Positions 1 to 8,386 of a DNA stretch of 64,000 nt are shown here, piece after piece. The number at the start of each line of letters is the position of its first letter. Positions within the stretch are counted from its first letter, which is position 1. The position numbers and the translations under genes are program-made. The notes under the pieces were generated by a model. The model saw nothing but the letters and a program-made list of their open reading frames with translations, ran no database searches and was not told where the DNA came from. Source of the DNA: a virus (lineage: Duplodnaviria > Caudoviricetes); the IMG/VR virus record IMGVR_UViG_3300021256_002629, positions 64,001 through 128,000 of that record, one strand, 5' to 3'.

Positions 1-93
1 AAGCCCATCTAAAAGTAAGTTTCTCGTTTAATAGTCCTTTACGGTTGGTGGTTAAACCGTTTTTTTTTCTCCGCTTGAAGTCATATTAGCGGA

Positions 94-103
94 CTTATAT
101 ATG
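94..103 (+). promoter_or_regulatory. Putative phage promoter CTTATATATG (representative copy)
   Basis: Motif or close variant recurs after terminators and before genes at 1050, 1517, 1705, 2882, 3055, 3195, 3319, 5420, 7389, 8137, 8758, 26305, 26841, 48541, and on the - strand at 11718-11727 and 63520-63529. Confidence 0.75.
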
Positions 104-105
104 AT

Positions 106-333
106 ATGAATAAAAAGTTTGATGGTTATGGTTATGCTTGGTTTAACCAAAACGGTGAAGTAGAAAGATTTTACGATTTCTTATGCTGTTGTCACGGCAA
201 CGGTGAAAGTTATTGTGGGGAATGCTACACCTACGGTTACGAGCACACCAACTGTGTAAATGCAGGAGATATAGAAGGAGGAGTTCCAGTTGTATGGGAT
301 AAAACCTTGAAAAAATTTATCTCTGTAAAATAA
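106..333 (+). CDS. Hypothetical Cys-rich small protein
   Basis: 75-aa ORF directly after the promoter motif. Confidence 0.6.
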   Translation: MNKKFDGYGYAWFNQNGEVERFYDFLCCCHGNGESYCGECYTYGYEHTNCVNAGDIEGGVPVVWDKTLKKFISVK

Positions 334-342
334 AAAACGCAG

Positions 343-461
343 GACTTGAGTTTAAGCAATACTCAAGTTATAAACAAAATTGCTCTATTGAGATCCTAGC
401 ATGACGGATTAAAAAGTTATGCAGTGGACTAGGTCACTTAAAAAAAGGGTTTAAGCCTAGT
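343..461 (+). ncRNA. Three tandem H-type pseudoknots
   Basis: PK1: 343-351/361-369 plus 355-360/379-384. PK2: 392-396/406-410 plus 399-405/416-422. PK3: 423-426/435-438 plus 428-434/455-461. Loop 3 is A-rich in each. Confidence 0.6.
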
Positions 462-466
462 GCGTT

Positions 467-627
467 AGCAGATGAATTGTAACATCTGCTAGGTACCATA
501 AACAGCTAGGGAGGTAGCTGTACCTATTAAAGTAGGTTTGTATGAGTCTTGGCAGCTGGCAACATGTGAACTGCAATTTATCTACTACTGATAATCATAA
601 ATCCCATAGGTAGAGTGGGTAAAATAT
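467..627 (+). ncRNA. Structured leader RNA motif, copy A
   Basis: Homologous to 1062-1214 with compensatory stem changes. Confidence 0.6.
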
Positions 628-945
628 ATGTATAAAAATAATGGTGTTGGCTTCACAATGCATTGTGCTGAAGACGATAAAAATTTTATATGGGTATGTC
701 CCGAAGGTCACAAGAATCGAAGAAAATTCGCCGCTCTTATTAGAGAGGTGGAAAGAAAAAATGGGGTGAAGTTATGCCCAGGGTCTTGGAGTAACCTTCT
801 ATGTGGGCCAGGTTGGCTAAATAAAGAGAAAGGTGAAACTGAGTTTAAATTCCCAGTGGCAACCTTGCCAAATTATACCCTGTATTATTTTAATCTTCCA
901 GTTGATGGGCGAAAGCCTTATCTTAATAGGGAGGATTATTTGTAA
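628..945 (+). CDS. Hypothetical protein
   Basis: 105-aa ORF with A/T-rich initiation region. Confidence 0.65.
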   Translation: MYKNNGVGFTMHCAEDDKNFIWVCPEGHKNRRKFAALIREVERKNGVKLCPGSWSNLLCGPGWLNKEKGETEFKFPVATLPNYTLYYFNLPVDGRKPYLNREDYL

Positions 946-1024
946 AAACTAGTCCTTGCTAGTTTCCCCTGATGGGTTTAAAGCAAGGAAAAATATCCTA
1001 CTTGTAAAAGTAGGTATTTTTTTT
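946..1024 (+). terminator. Pseudoknot plus intrinsic terminator, copy 1
   Basis: aaactag/ctagttt stem whose loop ccttg pairs with caagg at 984-988, then cctact-tgtaaa-agtagg and a T run; repeated at 1424-1506. Confidence 0.65.
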
Positions 1025-1061
1025 CTCCGTTTGAAGTCATATTAACGGACTTATATATGAA

Positions 1062-1214
1062 AGCGGATGAATTACATTTGCTAGATACCGTTAAACAGAT
1101 AGGGAGATATCTGTACCTATAGCCGAATAGGTTTGGTTGACTCTTGACAGTTGGCAATAAGTGAATTGTAATTTTACTGGCACTAGATAAAATCCTGAGC
1201 CAGCAGGTAACTTT
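1062..1214 (+). ncRNA. Structured leader RNA motif, copy B
   Basis: Begins right after the promoter at 1050-1059; homologous to 467-627. Confidence 0.6.
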
Positions 1215-1430
1215 ATGTTTCAAATAAATAAAAGTTACGACTGCGTATGGGACGAAGAAATGTACTTTGTCTCCAGATATTCGGAAGACGGGTATAAAGG
1301 CAGCAGAACAACCGATAATACCTACGAAGACGGTGTATCTTATACCGACTGGTGTGTAGAGTCGGGATTTAATACGAGAGAAGAAGCTCAGGCGAGAGCA
1401 GAATTTCTCTCGTCAAAAAACAAAAACTAG
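1215..1430 (+). CDS. Hypothetical protein
   Basis: 71-aa ORF between leader RNA and terminator. Confidence 0.65.
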   Translation: MFQINKSYDCVWDEEMYFVSRYSEDGYKGSRTTDNTYEDGVSYTDWCVESGFNTREEAQARAEFLSSKNKN

Positions 1431-1506
1431 GTCCTTACTAGTTTCCTGATGGGTTTTAGGGTAAGGAAAAAATATCTACTTGTAAAAAAGTAGGTATTTT
1501 TATTTT
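1424..1506 (+). terminator. Pseudoknot plus intrinsic terminator, copy 2
   Basis: Loop tcctta pairs with taagga at 1462-1467, a compensatory change relative to copy 1. Confidence 0.65.
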
Positions 1507-1545
1507 GCTTAAATCCCTTACATATGAATAAAATAGTAATTTATT

Positions 1546-1677
1546 ATGAAAAAAGAGTTATTGTTATTTATTTTAAAGAGGGCTAGTTATCCAAGAGTAG
1601 TAAAGGTCTTAAAAATAGAAGACGCTACAATTCTACCTCAAGATGGAAAACGTAACAAAAAAGGGGGAAAGGGTTAA
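1546..1677 (+). CDS. Small hypothetical protein (43 aa, MKKELLLFILKR...)
   Basis: Read from sequence; flanked by promoter variant at 1517 and a terminator-like hairpin. Confidence 0.4.
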   Translation: MKKELLLFILKRASYPRVVKVLKIEDATILPQDGKRNKKGGKG

Positions 1678-1734
1678 TCCTTTTCTTCTTTTTTCTCCTT
1701 TTTTCTTATAAATGTAAAACTTAATAACTATAAT

Positions 1735-2334
1735 ATGAAGTGGAATAAATCAACCGGTTACGTCGCTAGAGTAACTGCTGAAACTACACTTAAAAAATTT
1801 CTTAATCTTTCCACACTTGATTATTATGTTGATACAGAAGAAAAGTTTATCCCTTACTATACTTATGTAATGGAGTATATAAATGAAAAGCTTGTTCTTT
1901 TGGGGGAAACTGATATTAAGCTAAAGATAGATGAAATACATAAGATCTTTTCTTATGGAGCTGAAAAAATAGCTGCTGATGCCACGTTAGATTTAGTAAG
2001 AGCAGTAGGTATTGAAACTGACACAATTGAAGAAGATGCAAACAATATAGTTTTTAATAAAGATAGATTTGTTTTTGCATGGACTAATTTTCTAACTTGT
2101 CTTTATATGAGAATCAAGTTTCAATATGCTAACTTATTTGTTGAGGCTTATGATGGAGAATGTTGTAAGTGTGGTGCTAAAGGTCAGACTGTAAGTGACT
2201 ATGAATCTTGGAGTTCTAAAGTATTTCTTCATGATGAACTCTATGATAGAAGTAATTTTGAGGGAGATAGATCAAATTCAGCCTGGGGAACTCGGGCAAA
2301 TAGGTACTGTGATTGTTATAGACGAGAAAAATGA
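1735..2334 (+). CDS. Hypothetical protein with C-terminal Cys motifs
   Basis: 199-aa ORF; CCKC and CDC motifs. Confidence 0.7.
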   Translation: MKWNKSTGYVARVTAETTLKKFLNLSTLDYYVDTEEKFIPYYTYVMEYINEKLVLLGETDIKLKIDEIHKIFSYGAEKIAADATLDLVRAVGIETDTIEEDANNIVFNKDRFVFAWTNFLTCLYMRIKFQYANLFVEAYDGECCKCGAKGQTVSDYESWSSKVFLHDELYDRSNFEGDRSNSAWGTRANRYCDCYRREK

Positions 2335-2723
2335 TTCTATTTAGATTAAAGAGAAAGTTCTATAATGAAAAAGAAGCTAGCGAGGAAGAGAAGTTGGACC
2401 AATTGTATGAGGATTTTAAAAAGAAGGATTTTAAAAGGTCATTAAATAAAAAACTTTCTTCTGCTGGTATTGGAGCTGTTATTGGAGCTCCTGTAGGCTT
2501 TGGAGTTAGTAAGGCTTTGAAAAAGAGTGGCATTATTGGAGGCGGAATTGGAGCATTAAGTGGTTCAGCTGCTCTTTATAAGATTCAATCCAATAAACAG
2601 AATAAATTGTATAGACAGAATAAAGATGAGTTGAGGAGTATTTTGTCTGGTTTTAAAACTAAAGAGGAAAAAGATAAATTCTTAGAAGTTTTAAAGGATG
2701 AATTAAATACTTCTACGACGTAA
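2331..2723 (+). CDS. Glycine-zipper protein with MxxxRxKRKF N-terminus
   Basis: GIGAVIGAPVGFG and GGGIGALSG segments; ATGA overlap with upstream gene. Confidence 0.65.
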   Translation: MILFRLKRKFYNEKEASEEEKLDQLYEDFKKKDFKRSLNKKLSSAGIGAVIGAPVGFGVSKALKKSGIIGGGIGALSGSAALYKIQSNKQNKLYRQNKDELRSILSGFKTKEEKDKFLEVLKDELNTSTT

Positions 2724-2890
2724 TAAACGTGAAAATTGCAGATATATCACAGGTTTAATAGCTGGGATTCAATTGATGAAAATTCTAAAACAGTACTATA
2801 AAATTATATAATAGTACTGTTTTTTTCAAATTAAAGTGGATTCTGCATTAAAAAATTTCCGTCTGTATTCTCCCTACTTGCCTTATATAT

Positions 2891-2997
2891 GATGGATGAT
2901 GGAAAACCGTCACCACCACTATTTTGGTTTTCATGATTTTTATTTAAATTAAATTTCCCGGACTGTCTGTGAAGATCGTCCGGTTTTATTTTTTTTT
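2891..2997 (+). ncRNA. Putative sRNA 1
   Basis: Promoter 2882-2891, 5' hairpin tgatgg-aaaa-ccgtca, U-rich segment, terminator 2958-2983. Confidence 0.6.
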
Positions 2998-3063
2998 CGC
3001 TTGTAATGGGAAATTTTACATTAAAAAATTTCCGTCTGTATTCTCTCTACTTGCCTTATATAT

Positions 3064-3142
3064 GAATAAAATAAATTGATGTTTTTGCATTTTTTATATG
3101 TTTTCCGGACTGTCTGTGAAGATCGTCCGGTTTATTTTTTTT
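3064..3142 (+). ncRNA. Putative sRNA 2
   Basis: Promoter 3055-3064, terminator 3105-3130. Confidence 0.6.
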
Positions 3143-3203
3143 GCTTGTAATGGAAAATTTTACATTAAAAATTCCATCCATATTTCCTACTCCCCTTATG
3201 TAT

Positions 3204-3288
3204 GGGCATTTTTTGATTATAAATTTATATACTTTTGGTTATCATTTCTGGACTTGTCTGTGAAGATCGTTCAGTTTATTTTTTTTTT
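3204..3288 (+). ncRNA. Putative sRNA 3
   Basis: Promoter 3195-3204, terminator 3248-3274 with stem variant ctggac/gttcag. Confidence 0.55.
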
Positions 3289-3363
3289 ATTTTTTCTCTT
3301 TTACTAAGAGACCTTTATCTTATATATGTGTTATATTAATATATTAATAAATTTAAAATTATT

Positions 3364-3630
3364 ATGAAAGCAATTGCATCAAAAATTTTGTTAAAAGTTA
3401 CAAAAAAGTTTGATAATACCTGTATGCAAAAGGTTGGAACACTATTTTCTGTTCCTGTTGACCCTAAATTAGCCTACTGGGAAGCTACAGTAATTAGTGT
3501 TGGTGAAGAGGTTAAGGGAGTTAAAGAGAACGATACAGTGTTTATTTATCCAGATGCTGGTAAAGAGTTTGAGCATGAAGGCGAGAATTATCGTGTTATT
3601 ACTGCATCAGAGATTATTGTTGTTCTTTAA
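3364..3630 (+). CDS. groS: GroES-like co-chaperonin
   Basis: ATVISVGEEV..VKENDTV..EGENYRVITASEIIVVL; adjacent to GroEL. Confidence 0.8.
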   Translation: MKAIASKILLKVTKKFDNTCMQKVGTLFSVPVDPKLAYWEATVISVGEEVKGVKENDTVFIYPDAGKEFEHEGENYRVITASEIIVVL

Positions 3631-3664
3631 AATATATTTATTTATTAATTAAATTAACAAAGTT

Positions 3665-5332
3665 ATGTCAGGAAAGATTATTAAGAAAGGTTCTGTATCA
3701 CAAGAAGAGATCATTAATGGAGTAATTAAGGCTGCAGATGCTATTAAAACTACTCTTGGACCTTCTGGAAGATGTGTAGCTATTAGTAATTCAACTATAG
3801 CACAGGATCCAGAGATTACTAGGGACGGAGCTACTGTTGCTAAGTCAATCTCATTCAATAATCAGGGGTTAAATATGGGTGCTGCACTTTTACGTAAGGC
3901 TGCATCACTGACTGAATCACAAGCAGGAGATGGAACTAGCACTACCTCAGTTCTTATTAAAGAGCTTTGCGAAAGAGGAAGATCTTTAGTAAAAAATGGA
4001 GTTAACGTTAATGAAATCAAGTCTGGAATGTTGAAAGCCTCTTCTTGGGTTAAGTCTTATATCGCAGAGAAGGCTATTCCAATTGAAAATGATTTGGAAA
4101 AGATTCGAAGAGTAGCTACAATTTCTGCTAACAATGATCCAGTAATTGGTGATTTGATTGTTAGTAGTATGGAACAAGTTGGTATTGAGGGAACTATTAC
4201 AGCGGATTTAGGAGCTTCTCTTGATACTACAATTGAAGTGACTGCTGGTATGAAGATTAATCGAGGTTGGTTGAGTCCTAGTTATGTTACTTCTCAGGCT
4301 GATGCTAAATGCGAACTTTCACAGCCAGCCATCCTAGTAATTAATGAAAGACTTTCTTCTATTAAGCAGCTTTTCAAGTTAATTACTCCAGTCGCTGAAC
4401 AAGGAAAAAGCATTCTTATTATTTGTGATGAGATTGATGAGGTAGTTAATGCAGCTCTTGCCTATAATACACAAATGGGAGCTGTTCGTGCTTGTGTAGT
4501 AAAGGGCATTGATTACGGAGACAATAGAAAAAACATTATGAACGACGTAGCTATTGTTGTAGGAGCTAAATTTATCTGTCCTGAAAATAATCTTACTCTC
4601 GCAAATGTATCAGAAGTTGGTGATACTACTGTATTTGGAACGGCTGAAAAGGTAGTTGTTACAAAGGACTCTACTATTATTTACAAGGGTCATGGTAACG
4701 AAGACGAGATTAAGAAACAGGCTAGTATTATTAAAGCCCGTTTGGAAGATCCTACCATTTCTAGTTATGATAAAAATAAATTCACTAATAGACTGGCTTC
4801 TTTGGTTGGTGGTATTAGTGTAATCAGAGCTGGCGGTGCTACTGAAGCTGAGAAAGTAAATCTTAGAGCTACAATTGAAGATGCAATTTTGGCTTCTAAG
4901 AGTGCTATCGAAGAAGGCGTTGTTCCAGGTTCAGGTTATGTATACTTCAAAGCTTCTAAAGAAATCGTAAAGGATAAGAAGTTCTGGAAATCTCTAACAG
5001 GTGATGAAAAGTATGGAGTTGAGATTCTGATATCATCTCTTCCAAGTATCATGAAGACTGTTGCAGATAATTCTCGTGAAGGTTTTGGAGTTAGCGTACT
5101 TGAAACTGTCGGTAAATCAACTGGCTGGGGAAATGGGTACAATGCTAAGACCCATATTTATAGCGATTTGATCAAGGATGGAGTTCTTGATAGTGCTAAA
5201 GTTATTCGAGTTGCCCTAGAGAATGCTGTATCTACTGCGTCTATGATTCTATTAATTGATTGTAGTATTATAGATGAAGAAGAGGAAACAGACGGCGAGG
5301 GCTGTTGTGGATGTCACTGTCATAACAACTAA
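3665..5332 (+). CDS. groL: GroEL-like chaperonin
   Basis: TLGPSGR, ITRDGATVAK, AGDGTST, GVVPGSG motifs. Confidence 0.95.
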   Translation: MSGKIIKKGSVSQEEIINGVIKAADAIKTTLGPSGRCVAISNSTIAQDPEITRDGATVAKSISFNNQGLNMGAALLRKAASLTESQAGDGTSTTSVLIKELCERGRSLVKNGVNVNEIKSGMLKASSWVKSYIAEKAIPIENDLEKIRRVATISANNDPVIGDLIVSSMEQVGIEGTITADLGASLDTTIEVTAGMKINRGWLSPSYVTSQADAKCELSQPAILVINERLSSIKQLFKLITPVAEQGKSILIICDEIDEVVNAALAYNTQMGAVRACVVKGIDYGDNRKNIMNDVAIVVGAKFICPENNLTLANVSEVGDTTVFGTAEKVVVTKDSTIIYKGHGNEDEIKKQASIIKARLEDPTISSYDKNKFTNRLASLVGGISVIRAGGATEAEKVNLRATIEDAILASKSAIEEGVVPGSGYVYFKASKEIVKDKKFWKSLTGDEKYGVEILISSLPSIMKTVADNSREGFGVSVLETVGKSTGWGNGYNAKTHIYSDLIKDGVLDSAKVIRVALENAVSTASMILLIDCSIIDEEEETDGEGCCGCHCHNN

Positions 5333-5449
5333 ATAATTTTAATAAACTCTGATCTATATATAATTTATAGGTCGGAGTTTATTTTTTTTTTGAATTCACT
5401 GATTTCCAGATAATAGCATCTTATAAGTGTAAATGATAATAAATTTTAT

Positions 5450-7285
5450 ATGATGAAATTTAAAACAATCGAAGAGTTTACAGACACTTTGAGATCTTTT
5501 AGTTCAAGTGTAAAACGAGGCAGATGGTTTTTAGAAGATCTTTGTTACAGTGAGTTCGGAGAAGAAAACTGTAATAAATATTTAGTAATTACAGACAAAA
5601 AGGGTGATGATGGGATTGATGCTTATATAGTCCTTAATGAATCTGTAAATAAAACTTTCTATGCTATTCAGGCTAAATCTGGTGAAGATATTACTGAAAA
5701 GGATATAAGGTCAGATCTTACTAATGTCCTTCTTCATTATAAAGAAGCTAATTATGAAGGAACTGGCATTGGAATAAAAGCATTACGAGAAAACAAAGAT
5801 TGTACGAATTTTATATTTATCTATTTTACAACTCATCCATTATCAATCGCAGCTAAAAACGAACTTTTGGCTGTAGAACGAGAATTTAGAAATGACCCTA
5901 AACTTAGTACTAGGTTTGGAGAGAGTATTTCTATTGTTCCAATTTCAAAAGAGGATCAATTTAACCTTCAAGCAGCAAAACGAAGACTAGATTCAATAAA
6001 GTTTAGGATTCCTTCTAGTGGATTGGTTAAAGTCCCGAATAAAAATTATTATTCAGGTTGGATTACTTGTAAGGACTTAATTAACTTATTAAGCGAAGCT
6101 AAAGAGTCTACAGGTTCTCTAGCGGTCATACTTTCCGAGAATATCAGAAGTTGGTTAGAGTGGAAAACGCCTGTTAATAAAATGATAAAAGAAACTTTAG
6201 CTACAGCGCCTTCAGAGTTTGTAGAAAGAAATAATGGTTGTAATATTCTTGCCAAAAATTTACAACAATCAAATGTTCCTGGGTTTATAGAATTTACTGG
6301 ACCATCAATAGCAAATGGTGGTCAAACTGCAATGTGTATATTTCACTTTATACTAGAAAACATGTCATTGCTTGGGATAAAATCTATAGAGGAGTTTTTT
6401 GAAAAGAATATACACAACATTAACGATATTCATATTAATTTTTCAGTAAGTGATGTTACAGAAAAGACTGAAAGTAGCATTAGCACAATAATTAAGGCTA
6501 GAAATTCAACTAATGCTATGAAAGCCAGAGATTTTGCGTCTAAATCTCCATATCTCAGTGAAATTAGAAACTTATTATCCTTGTGTAATGCTAAACAAAT
6601 TGCTGGTATTAGAGGTAAAGTTCTTGATTGTGAGGTTAATAGCAAAGAATTAGATCAAGTTAAATTTCTAAGAACGATTGAGGCAGTGATGGATAAGAAT
6701 GTTGGAGCTGCTTGGAATAGTTCAGAAGAAGTTATTGTAAGTAAGCTCCCTCATTATGCTGAAATATTTATTGGGGCATATAATAAGTATGGAGAGTATT
6801 TTGTTCGATCTTTTTCAGAATTATGTAACGTTGCTTGTAAGAATAAGAAAAAACTTCCTAAATACAATATCTATTTAGGGGAGTTTATGATTAATGAGAT
6901 ATTTTATAACATTTTCAAGAATATTCCAGAAAAGAGATTCCCTAAGAAAAGAGAAGACGATTACTTTAAATATTTGTACAGTTTATTTCAGGATAGTCAT
7001 GGATTAGGAGTTATATTGGAATTGTGTGAGCATGCTTTTATTTCATACAGTGATCCAGATATGAGAGACGATGAGAATAGAACTGGAGTATCATTCTTAA
7101 TGTCTGATGCTTATGGGGATAATGTAACTGATGGAAAAAGTATAGAAAAAGCTATAAAACAGTTGAATGATCGAAATTCTTATCATCTTAAAAGATTATG
7201 TAGATTAACAGCATCTAGAGCAGACTATAGAAATGAAATAGAGGCTATTTTCAATAAGATTTTACAAGATACTGAGAAATTATAG
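5450..7285 (+). CDS. AIPR-family (abortive infection phage resistance) protein
   Basis: N-terminal GDDGIDAY..IQAK nuclease-like segment; ENIRSWL, NNG, IANGGQT and RNSTN motifs typical of AIPR. Confidence 0.75.
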   Translation: MMKFKTIEEFTDTLRSFSSSVKRGRWFLEDLCYSEFGEENCNKYLVITDKKGDDGIDAYIVLNESVNKTFYAIQAKSGEDITEKDIRSDLTNVLLHYKEANYEGTGIGIKALRENKDCTNFIFIYFTTHPLSIAAKNELLAVEREFRNDPKLSTRFGESISIVPISKEDQFNLQAAKRRLDSIKFRIPSSGLVKVPNKNYYSGWITCKDLINLLSEAKESTGSLAVILSENIRSWLEWKTPVNKMIKETLATAPSEFVERNNGCNILAKNLQQSNVPGFIEFTGPSIANGGQTAMCIFHFILENMSLLGIKSIEEFFEKNIHNINDIHINFSVSDVTEKTESSISTIIKARNSTNAMKARDFASKSPYLSEIRNLLSLCNAKQIAGIRGKVLDCEVNSKELDQVKFLRTIEAVMDKNVGAAWNSSEEVIVSKLPHYAEIFIGAYNKYGEYFVRSFSELCNVACKNKKKLPKYNIYLGEFMINEIFYNIFKNIPEKRFPKKREDDYFKYLYSLFQDSHGLGVILELCEHAFISYSDPDMRDDENRTGVSFLMSDAYGDNVTDGKSIEKAIKQLNDRNSYHLKRLCRLTASRADYRNEIEAIFNKILQDTEKL

Positions 7286-7305
7286 GATTTTTATAACAAA
7301 AAAAA

Positions 7306-7344
7306 GGTCAGGCCGTCTATAAAGATTGTCTGGCTTCTTTTTTT
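7306..7344 (+). terminator. Intrinsic terminator
   Basis: gtcaggc..gtctggc stem plus T run; related to the 2958 hairpin. Confidence 0.6.
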
Positions 7345-7431
7345 CTTAATAGAGGATTAAAAAATTTTCGTCCATAATCCCCCCTCGCCTTATATATGAT
7401 ATTAAATTATTAATTAAAAACAAAAACACAA

Positions 7432-7941
7432 ATGAAAAAGGTATTTTCTTTAGATGCAGAGACTAACGGTCTCTGGGGTCAGGCATTTTCAATTGCCGCA
7501 GTAGTTAGAGAAGAAGATGGTTCTATTAAAGAATGGATTGGTCGTTGTCCGATTGAGGGCGAAACCAATTCATGGGTAAAGAACAATGTCCTTCCAGAAA
7601 TGGAGGGCATTAAGGTGTCACACGAATCATATGAAAACCTTCTTAGGGATTTCATGAAGTTTTACATGGAAAATAAAGAAGGGGCTGATATTATTGTCCA
7701 TATGGGCATACCTGTAGAATCCAAGTTATTCATTGATGCCCACGATAAGGGCATTATTGGAGACTGGGATGCTCCATATCCGTTGATTGATATCTGTGCA
7801 TTACCGGAAATTGGAGTATCAGTTGATTCGTTCAATGAAAAGAACGGAATAGTCGTTCCTGATCTAACTGGCAAGACGCATAACCCATTGTACGATTCAT
7901 ATGCAGCACTATTTGCGTATGAAAAAGTTATGAACGGTTAA
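7432..7941 (+). CDS. DEDDh-type 3'-5' exonuclease-like protein
   Basis: LDAETNG ... HNPLYD. Confidence 0.65.
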   Translation: MKKVFSLDAETNGLWGQAFSIAAVVREEDGSIKEWIGRCPIEGETNSWVKNNVLPEMEGIKVSHESYENLLRDFMKFYMENKEGADIIVHMGIPVESKLFIDAHDKGIIGDWDAPYPLIDICALPEIGVSVDSFNEKNGIVVPDLTGKTHNPLYDSYAALFAYEKVMNG

Positions 7942-8145
7942 TTGCATCGGGAAAGAAAAATTGACTAAGATCGGGCCTTTCTAGTAAAAAAATTCACCTC
8001 GCTAGAATAAAGGCTGGCAACAGAAAGTAGGAGGTTAGTTTAAAGCGGAATTAAGTTTCCGCTTTATTTTTTTTTCGAAGCGGACTCTGTATTCCTTTAA
8101 AATTTTACAAAATTGCCGCTAAAATTCTGCAAAATACTTATAAAT

Positions 8146-8217
8146 GGGGATGTAGATCAAAAGTCAGATCGTAACCCTTTCAAGGTTAAGAACTGGGAGC
8201 GTTACCCAGCTTCCCTA
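8146..8217 (+). tRNA. tRNA-Glu(TTC), atypical T- and D-loops
   Basis: Cloverleaf: GGGGATG/CTTCCCT, gatc/gatc D-stem, taacc-ctTTCaa-ggtta, ctggg-agcgtta-cccag. Confidence 0.75.
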
Positions 8218-8386
8218 CAAAAACAGAAAGGGGCGTAGTTTCTCAAGGATTTATTTATATAGGATGTGTTGCCCAATCTGTTAACAAGTAATGGAATTAT
8301 TCTGTTACTTGTTTTTTTATTTTTACACACGAATTTTATCGTTTTATTTAGAGTTTTCTAATATATGTAATAATAAAATTTGAGAA

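Larger units (their letters stand above)
2846..3290 (+). repeat. Three tandem promoter-variable segment-terminator units
   Basis: Repeated cattaaaaa..cttatatatg and ccggactgtctgtgaagatcgtccgg plus poly-T. Confidence 0.85.

Noticed and set aside
1062-1214. Cobalamin, FMN or SAM-I riboswitch
   Set aside because: Only short word matches (GGCAA, GAGCCAG); the conserved cores and stem order do not fit.
2846-3290. CRISPR array, or the 69-aa ORF 3098-3307
   Set aside because: Units are ~140-175 bp, each with its own promoter and poly-T terminator, and no cas genes are present. The ORF runs through terminators and is poly-T derived.
7974-8040. HDV-like (theta) ribozyme
   Set aside because: P1-, P3- and P1.1-like pairings exist, but there is no convincing P2 or J4/2, and it is not at a tRNA 3' end.
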